Shown here: piece by piece, positions 35,500-41,104 of the stretch | Numbering within the stretch: the stretch's first letter is position 1 | How the letters are laid out: every line of letters begins with the position of its first letter | Origin: Patescibacteria group bacterium | GTDB lineage: Bacteria; Patescibacteriota; Minisyncoccia; Phycocordibacterales; UBA9973 | Assembly (NCBI GenBank): GCA_038064635.1 | Contig: JBBTSS010000029.1 | Coordinates: 1-41,104 of the forward strand | Reading direction: 5' to 3' | DNA: 41,104 nucleotides | Program-made: the position numbers and the translations under genes | Notes under the pieces: generated by a model | Told to the model about the DNA's origin: nothing | Database searches by the model: none | Seen by the model: only the letters and a program-made list of their open reading frames with translations

Positions 35500-36180
35500 C
35501 TATTTTTTGTTCATTATATCGCTAACTATATTCCCGTCTGCCATGGTGATAGTACGGTGGGCCATCTTTGCATACTCTTCTTCATGGGTAACCATAATAA
35601 TGGTCTGTCCTTCTTGGTTTAATTTTACAAAAGCTTCGATAACATGGGCTGAAGTCTCAGAGTCTAAGTTCGCAGTAGGCTCATCAGCGAATATTATCTT
35701 TGGATCATGTGATATAGCACGAGCGATCGACACACGCTGTTGTTGACCTCCAGAGAGTGCAGAAGGCAAGTTATTCATACGGTCGAGAAGCCCAACTTTA
35801 TCTAGGGCTTTTTTAGCTTTTTCATTTGCCTCTTTTTTATCATAACCTTGCATGAGAAGTGGAAGCATTGTGTTTTCAAGCGCAGTAAGAGATGGAAGTA
35901 TCGCATAGTCTTGGAAGATATACCCCAAATCATTTAATCTTGAAAGAGTTCTATCCTTTTCGTTTTGTCTTGTTGCCTCAGTTCCATCGATATATACTTC
36001 CCCGCTCGTAGGAATGTCTAGTAGACCAAGTTGGTATAAAAGTGTAGACTTTCCACTTCCTGACTTACCGGTAACAGTTAGAAATTGTCCTTGAGGTACA
36101 GAAAAAGAAAGATCATTCAAGGCAATGATTTCTTGGTCTCCACTTTGGAATATTTTTTTAAGATTTTTTACTTCAATCAT
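35500..36180 (-). CDS. ABC transporter ATP-binding protein (MacB/LolD-like)
   Basis: GKSGSGKS, LSGGQQQRV, ADEPTANLD, VTH. Confidence 0.95.
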   Translation of the reverse strand: MIEVKNLKKIFQSGDQEIIALNDLSFSVPQGQFLTVTGKSGSGKSTLLYQLGLLDIPTSGEVYIDGTEATRQNEKDRTLSRLNDLGYIFQDYAILPSLTALENTMLPLLMQGYDKKEANEKAKKALDKVGLLDRMNNLPSALSGGQQQRVSIARAISHDPKIIFADEPTANLDSETSAHVIEAFVKLNQEGQTIIMVTHEEEYAKMAHRTITMADGNIVSDIMNKK

Positions 36181-36194
36181 TTTATTATTTAAAT

Positions 36195-37469
36195 TTATCT
36201 TCCTAAGATTGCACTCAATGTATTTTGTTTAATAACAATATTTGCAGGTATATATCCAGCTATCATTGTGGTTATCAACAATATAAAAGCTTGAGACATT
36301 GCTCCAGGCACAGTAGCGACAAGAATACCGTCAGAGAATGGAAAGTTTATAGGGTTTGCCGCAAAGTATGGCTTGATCAAACCAAAAACTAAAACCATAC
36401 CAAAAATAATACCTAGAGAAGCATAGATAGTAGCCTGATACATATAAGAATACAAAATAGCTTTTTTATTTATTCCAATACCTTTCAAAATTCCAATAAA
36501 TCTTCTGCGAGTAATAGCGTTTACGAATATAACAATAAATATCGTGATAGAAGCAACCACAAGTCCAATACCTGAAATAACCGTACCTAATATTCTAAAG
36601 GTTTCTTTTATATCTTTTAAAAATTTAGGGAAAGCTTCATCTGCTGTCTGTACACGAGCATAGTCTCCTACTCCACTATCCAATAAAAACTTCTGTGCTT
36701 GAAAAGGATCTGTGCCAGGAAGTATCTGTATGGCGATAGTATTTGCATCTAGATCTGTACGGTTTAAAAGATGCCGTGCTTCACTTTCTATCATAACGAG
36801 AGACGTATCAAATTCATCTACTTTAGATGAGATAATTCCTTTCACGAAATATTCTTTTTCTGTTTCTCCGGCAGTAACCTTCACACGTGAACCCACTTCA
36901 ACATTTTTCAAAGTCTGAAAACCAGGTGCTTCAATAGGAGTAAATTCATAAAGTAAATTCTTTCCTATTAAAATACTATCACCGTCATTTGGACTCAAAT
37001 AGCTACCTCGTATTACAAATTTTGAAATACCAGAAAATCTCTCTTCAGCAATAGGGTCTATCCCTAACACAGAGGCTCCTGCTCCATCACGTTTTTCACC
37101 TGGAGCGATAGTCTCTCGATAATTAGACTCAACTCTTGCACCACCCGTATATCTAACAGCATGGTTTTTATATCCTGGAATTGTTTTAACTATTTTTACA
37201 ACTTCTGGAGTTTGAAGTATTGATGCACGATTTAAAAAAGGTGAAATGACGATATCTCCTATTGCATACTTCTTCTGAGCATCTTCTGAACCTTGAATAA
37301 GGCCTACCAAAATTCCAGAAACAACAATAAGGTTTAAAAAAGTTAACGTCATCACTAAAACTATAAGAGACGTCGTCCACACATTTGCACGGCGAAGTTC
37401 ACGACGGGCTAGAAACCAGCCGACGGATACATTTTTCGAAAAAGAATTTTGAGCTTTTTTTTCTATCAT
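36195..37469 (-). CDS. ABC transporter permease (MacB/FtsX/LolE-like)
   Basis: One TM, a large extracytoplasmic domain, then three TMs; RRRFIGILKGIG motif. Confidence 0.9.
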   Translation of the reverse strand: MIEKKAQNSFSKNVSVGWFLARRELRRANVWTTSLIVLVMTLTFLNLIVVSGILVGLIQGSEDAQKKYAIGDIVISPFLNRASILQTPEVVKIVKTIPGYKNHAVRYTGGARVESNYRETIAPGEKRDGAGASVLGIDPIAEERFSGISKFVIRGSYLSPNDGDSILIGKNLLYEFTPIEAPGFQTLKNVEVGSRVKVTAGETEKEYFVKGIISSKVDEFDTSLVMIESEARHLLNRTDLDANTIAIQILPGTDPFQAQKFLLDSGVGDYARVQTADEAFPKFLKDIKETFRILGTVISGIGLVVASITIFIVIFVNAITRRRFIGILKGIGINKKAILYSYMYQATIYASLGIIFGMVLVFGLIKPYFAANPINFPFSDGILVATVPGAMSQAFILLITTMIAGYIPANIVIKQNTLSAILGR

Positions 37470-39010
37470 TAGTTCTTTGTAACTATCGCTATATAGTCTA
37501 TGCTTGTCACTCCAGAAAGTACTTCTACCATATTCCCATCCCCTACTAGACCAGTCACTACTTCAACTTCTTTATATTTTTTACTTTTTTCGTTAGTAAC
37601 AACAGAAACATAAGACTTGCCTTCTTTATCAAAGATAGCGGCTTTAGGAATAGAAAAAACATTTTCTTTGTTCAAAGTTACAATACTAACTTCAGAATTC
37701 ATTCCGGGACGAATGTTTGGATCTTTTTCATTTATAGATACTTTGATTTTGTAATTCACAATACCATCAGTAGTTACTGAAGAAGGGTCTATCTGCACCA
37801 CTACTCCAGTAAATTTCGCCAAGTCACCCAAAGCATCAAAAGTTACGTCTACTGGTTGATTGAGTGTTATATTTGCAATATTTGATTCATTTATCAATAC
37901 TTCCACGTATAGATTTTCAACGTCTTGGATATCGATAACTCCAGTTTTTGCATCAGCGATCTCCCCGTCTTTTATATCAATCTTCGTTACTGTTCCAGCT
38001 TTTGGTGCACGTATAATATTATTTTCATAATTTGCTTGAGCTTGTTCGAGACCTCCTTCTGCTGATACTACATCAGCACGAGCAAGATCAATGTCAGAAT
38101 TTCTTGCTTTAGCAAGTTTCAAATCTAACTCTGCGTTCTTTTGATCAATCAAAGCAGTAGCGGAAGAAAGTGCTACTTCGCGTGTCTCAATAGCTGACTT
38201 GTATGCATTTTCATTTGCTAGATAATCAGATGCATTTTTATTTGGAATACTGATAGTGAAATTTGTACCACTTAAATTAGAGCTTGTAGGAAAAACAAGA
38301 TACAGACCGGTACTGCCTACCATTTGAGGAGTTGTAGTGCTCACAGAACCAAACTCTGTCGCCAAACCACTAGTCGAGAACTTTAAACCGTCACCTGTAC
38401 TATATACAGATAAGTTTATCGTGCCCTCTTTACCGAGTTTATAAACACCACTTATAGTAGGAGCACTCGTAGAAACACCAGAACCGACAGGAGTAGCTTC
38501 AAAAACTGAATTTAATACTTTATTATATGCATTTGCTACTAATGTGTCTTGCTGACTTTTAGTACTTTGATAATCTCGCTTTGCATTCGTTAAAGCAACT
38601 TGCGCTAAATTAATCTCTTCATTTGTCGCACCTTCGATAACCTTTTGAAGTCTCGCTTTTGCTGCAAGTAAAGACCCACGTGCTTCTGTGACTTTCGCAT
38701 ACTCGCTCTTTGAGTCAAGCATAGCTAAAACCTGGCCGACAGACACCTTGTCTCCTACTTTTACAGAAACTTTTTTGACTACTCCTTGTTTATTGAAAAA
38801 CAAAGAAAGATCCGTCTCGGAAGTGACTTGTCCTGTCGCTCGTACTGTTTGTATTAAATTACCAGTTTTTGATTCAACTTTTGCAAAAGTAATATTGTCT
38901 CCATTTTTCAAAAATAGAACAACCAAAACTACTACAAGCAAAAAAGCTGGTACAAGAAAATTTTTCCGAAGAAAAAATAACTTAGTTTTTTCTAATGTGT
39001 TAGGGTTCAT
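37469..39010 (-). CDS. Efflux adaptor / membrane fusion protein (MacA/HlyD-like)
   Basis: N-terminal anchor, GVVKKVSVKVGDKVSVGQVL and IRAPKAGTV lipoyl halves, coiled coils, IRPGMNSEV. Confidence 0.9.
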   Translation of the reverse strand: MNPNTLEKTKLFFLRKNFLVPAFLLVVVLVVLFLKNGDNITFAKVESKTGNLIQTVRATGQVTSETDLSLFFNKQGVVKKVSVKVGDKVSVGQVLAMLDSKSEYAKVTEARGSLLAAKARLQKVIEGATNEEINLAQVALTNAKRDYQSTKSQQDTLVANAYNKVLNSVFEATPVGSGVSTSAPTISGVYKLGKEGTINLSVYSTGDGLKFSTSGLATEFGSVSTTTPQMVGSTGLYLVFPTSSNLSGTNFTISIPNKNASDYLANENAYKSAIETREVALSSATALIDQKNAELDLKLAKARNSDIDLARADVVSAEGGLEQAQANYENNIIRAPKAGTVTKIDIKDGEIADAKTGVIDIQDVENLYVEVLINESNIANITLNQPVDVTFDALGDLAKFTGVVVQIDPSSVTTDGIVNYKIKVSINEKDPNIRPGMNSEVSIVTLNKENVFSIPKAAIFDKEGKSYVSVVTNEKSKKYKEVEVVTGLVGDGNMVEVLSGVTSIDYIAIVTKN

Positions 39011-39037
39011 ATATTTAATTATACACTAAAATAGTAA

Positions 39038-41104
39038 TTATTTTCTTCCTGCAATGATGGTCTCAGCTACGTTATTTGGAACAGAATCATAACGTAAGAA
39101 TTCCATAGTGAATGATGCACGGCCTTCAGTCATAGAGCGTAAGCCTGTCATGTATCCAAACATTTCAGACAAAGGAACGATAGCTTTCACTACTTTGTTC
39201 ATTCCAACATCTTCCATACCTTCAATAATTCCACGTTTTGAAGAAAGATTTCCTGTAACGTCTCCCATGAATTTATCTGGTGTAACTACTTCAACTTTCA
39301 TCATAGGTTCAAGGATTACAGGACGAGCACTTTTACATGCATCTTGGATAGCCATAGAAGCTGCAATCTTGAAAGCCATTTCGTTTGAGTCAACTTCGTG
39401 GAATGATCCATCCCAAAGTTCGACAGAAACATTCACCATCTTAAATCCAGCAAGAATACCACGGTCAAGACCTTCTTTAAATCCTTTTTCACAAGGAGCA
39501 ATATATTCTTGAGGAATAGCACCTCCTTTGATGCTATTAATAAATTCAAAAGCATCACCTCTCTTTGTATTTTTTGGTAAGTCTTCTATTTCTTCTTTTG
39601 TAAGAGCAACCATAGGTTTTACCTTGATCTTCACGTGACCATAGTTACCACGGCCTCCAGACTGTTTGATGTATTTACCTTCTGCTTCTGCTGGTCCATT
39701 GATAGTCTCACGGTAAGCAACTTGTGGCTTACCAACATTTGCTTCAACAGCAAACTCTCTTTTCATACGATCAACAATGATTTCAAGATGAAGCTCTCCC
39801 ATACCTGCGATAATAGTCTCCCCTGTCTCTTGGTCAGTTACAACTTTAAAAGTAGGATCTTCTTGAGCAAGTCTGTTTAGAGCCATACCCATTTTTTCTT
39901 GATCAGCTTTTGTCTTTGGTTCGATACGAAGGTTTATAACTGGTTCTGGGAAAACAATTCTGTTTAATTCTACTGGTGCTTCTTCATCACAAATTGTGTC
40001 TGAAGTAATAGTGTCCTTAAGTCCAACAGCTGCTGCGATTTCTCCAGCGTAAACTTTTTTAACTTCTTCACGATCGTTTGCATGCATTCGAAGTATTCGT
40101 CCAATTCTTTCTTTATTTCTTGTTCGAGGGTTATATACATAACTTCCAGCAGCAAGAGAACCTGAGTAAACACGGAAGAAAATAATTTGTCCTACGAATG
40201 GATCAGTAGCAACCTTGAAAGCAAGAGCTGAAAAAGGCTCAGAGTCTGAAGCTTTACGAACCATAGGTTCATCAGTATCAGGGTTCACTCCAGGAATAGG
40301 TGGGATATCAGTAGGAGCTGGAAGGTAGTCAACAACGGCGTCAAGTACTAATTGAACTCCTTTGTTCTTTAAAGCAGATCCAGCATAAACTGGGAAAATA
40401 GCGTTTGCAATAACAGCCTTACGTAAAACTTTCTTCAAAGTTTCATAACTTGGTACCATTCCTTCTAAATATTCAGTCATTAAAGCTTCGTCGTTTTCAA
40501 CTATTTTTTCAACAAGTTCATTATGATATCCAAGAGCTTCTTTCATGTATTCTTCTGGAATATCTTTTTCAATAACTTGGTTGCCCATCTCTCCTTCAAA
40601 ATAATATGCCTTCATTTTCAAAAGGTCTATAACTCCTTCATGTTTTTCTTCAAGTCCAATAGGTATTTGTACACGAACAGCCTTTTTTGTAAGTCTGTCT
40701 AAGATAGTTTTGTATGAGTGCTCAAATGAAGCACCAGTACGATCGAGTTTGTTGATAAAACAAATACGAGGAACATTTGCTTCATCAGCATAACGCCAGT
40801 TTGTTTCTGATTGAGGTTCTACTCCAGCAACACCGTCGAAAACAACGACAGCACCGTCGAGAACACGAAGAGATCTCTTTACTTCCACTGTAAAGTCTAT
40901 GTGACCAGGAGTATCGATGATATTGAATCTGTGTTTTAAGTTTTTGTTTTTTGGATCGTATGTAGGTGTCCAGAAACAAGTAACAGCAGCAGAGGTAATA
41001 GTAATACCTCTTTCTCTTTCTTGTTCCATCCAGTCAGTTGTAGTCTCTCCATCGTGAACTTCACCGATCTTATGTGACACACCTGTATAAAAAAGCACAC
41101 GCTC
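39038..41104 (-). CDS. fusA: Elongation factor G (5' end outside the window)
   Basis: [36 protein letters not shown]. The G1 motif lies beyond the window edge. Confidence 0.99.
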   Translation of the reverse strand, partial: ERVLFYTGVSHKIGEVHDGETTTDWMEQERERGITITSAAVTCFWTPTYDPKNKNLKHRFNIIDTPGHIDFTVEVKRSLRVLDGAVVVFDGVAGVEPQSETNWRYADEANVPRICFINKLDRTGASFEHSYKTILDRLTKKAVRVQIPIGLEEKHEGVIDLLKMKAYYFEGEMGNQVIEKDIPEEYMKEALGYHNELVEKIVENDEALMTEYLEGMVPSYETLKKVLRKAVIANAIFPVYAGSALKNKGVQLVLDAVVDYLPAPTDIPPIPGVNPDTDEPMVRKASDSEPFSALAFKVATDPFVGQIIFFRVYSGSLAAGSYVYNPRTRNKERIGRILRMHANDREEVKKVYAGEIAAAVGLKDTITSDTICDEEAPVELNRIVFPEPVINLRIEPKTKADQEKMGMALNRLAQEDPTFKVVTDQETGETIIAGMGELHLEIIVDRMKREFAVEANVGKPQVAYRETINGPAEAEGKYIKQSGGRGNYGHVKIKVKPMVALTKEEIEDLPKNTKRGDAFEFINSIKGGAIPQEYIAPCEKGFKEGLDRGILAGFKMVNVSVELWDGSFHEVDSNEMAFKIAASMAIQDACKSARPVILEPMMKVEVVTPDKFMGDVTGNLSSKRGIIEGMEDVGMNKVVKAIVPLSEMFGYMTGLRSMTEGRASFTMEFLRYDSVPNNVAETIIAGRK

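Noticed and set aside
1-41104. CRISPR array, rRNA, introns/inteins, or recoded TGA (genetic code 25)
   Set aside because: No regularly spaced repeats or rRNA signatures. Conserved genes are full length and uninterrupted under code 11, and TGA ends ORFs at 24937 and 34561 just before terminators.

Overview
AT-rich bacterial chromosomal segment, most consistent with Patescibacteria (CPR; Parcubacteria-like). The evidence is the absence of rpmD/uL30, few Shine-Dalgarno sites, archaeal-type Cmk and PyrH, a TrmB regulator and a VirD4/HerA-like ATPase. The backbone is the fusA-tufA-S10-spc superoperon on the minus strand, followed by cmk/adk/pyrH/map, a large P-loop ATPase, a DUF84 NTPase, ndk, a beta-CASP RNase, a LOG/SLOG protein, infC-rpmI-rplT, a phosphohexomutase, smpB-ssrA (tmRNA), ftsH and a partial tRNA-Ile(UAU). 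The superoperon is broken at fusA/tufA, rplB/rpsS and rplE/rpsN by accessory blocks. Each break has a fresh promoter that restarts the ribosomal genes, and most units end in terminators. The blocks contain short operons of small orphan ORFs. These share a promoter/leader design (TTG-TATAGT -10, AAATAC, boxA-like TCTTTGAAA) and a recurring stop-TCAC-A/T-tract-ATG spacer, and three of them belong to one divergent ~90-100 aa paralog family. Other notable items are a compact 6S-RNA-like rod next to ndk, a long structured rpsN leader, a TraB/Tiki-like and a Tat-signal HExxH orphan protein, and apparently leaderless transcription of many non-ribosomal genes. No rRNA, CRISPR array, integrase or transposase was seen. 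All calls are by eye; no database searches or folding programs were run.
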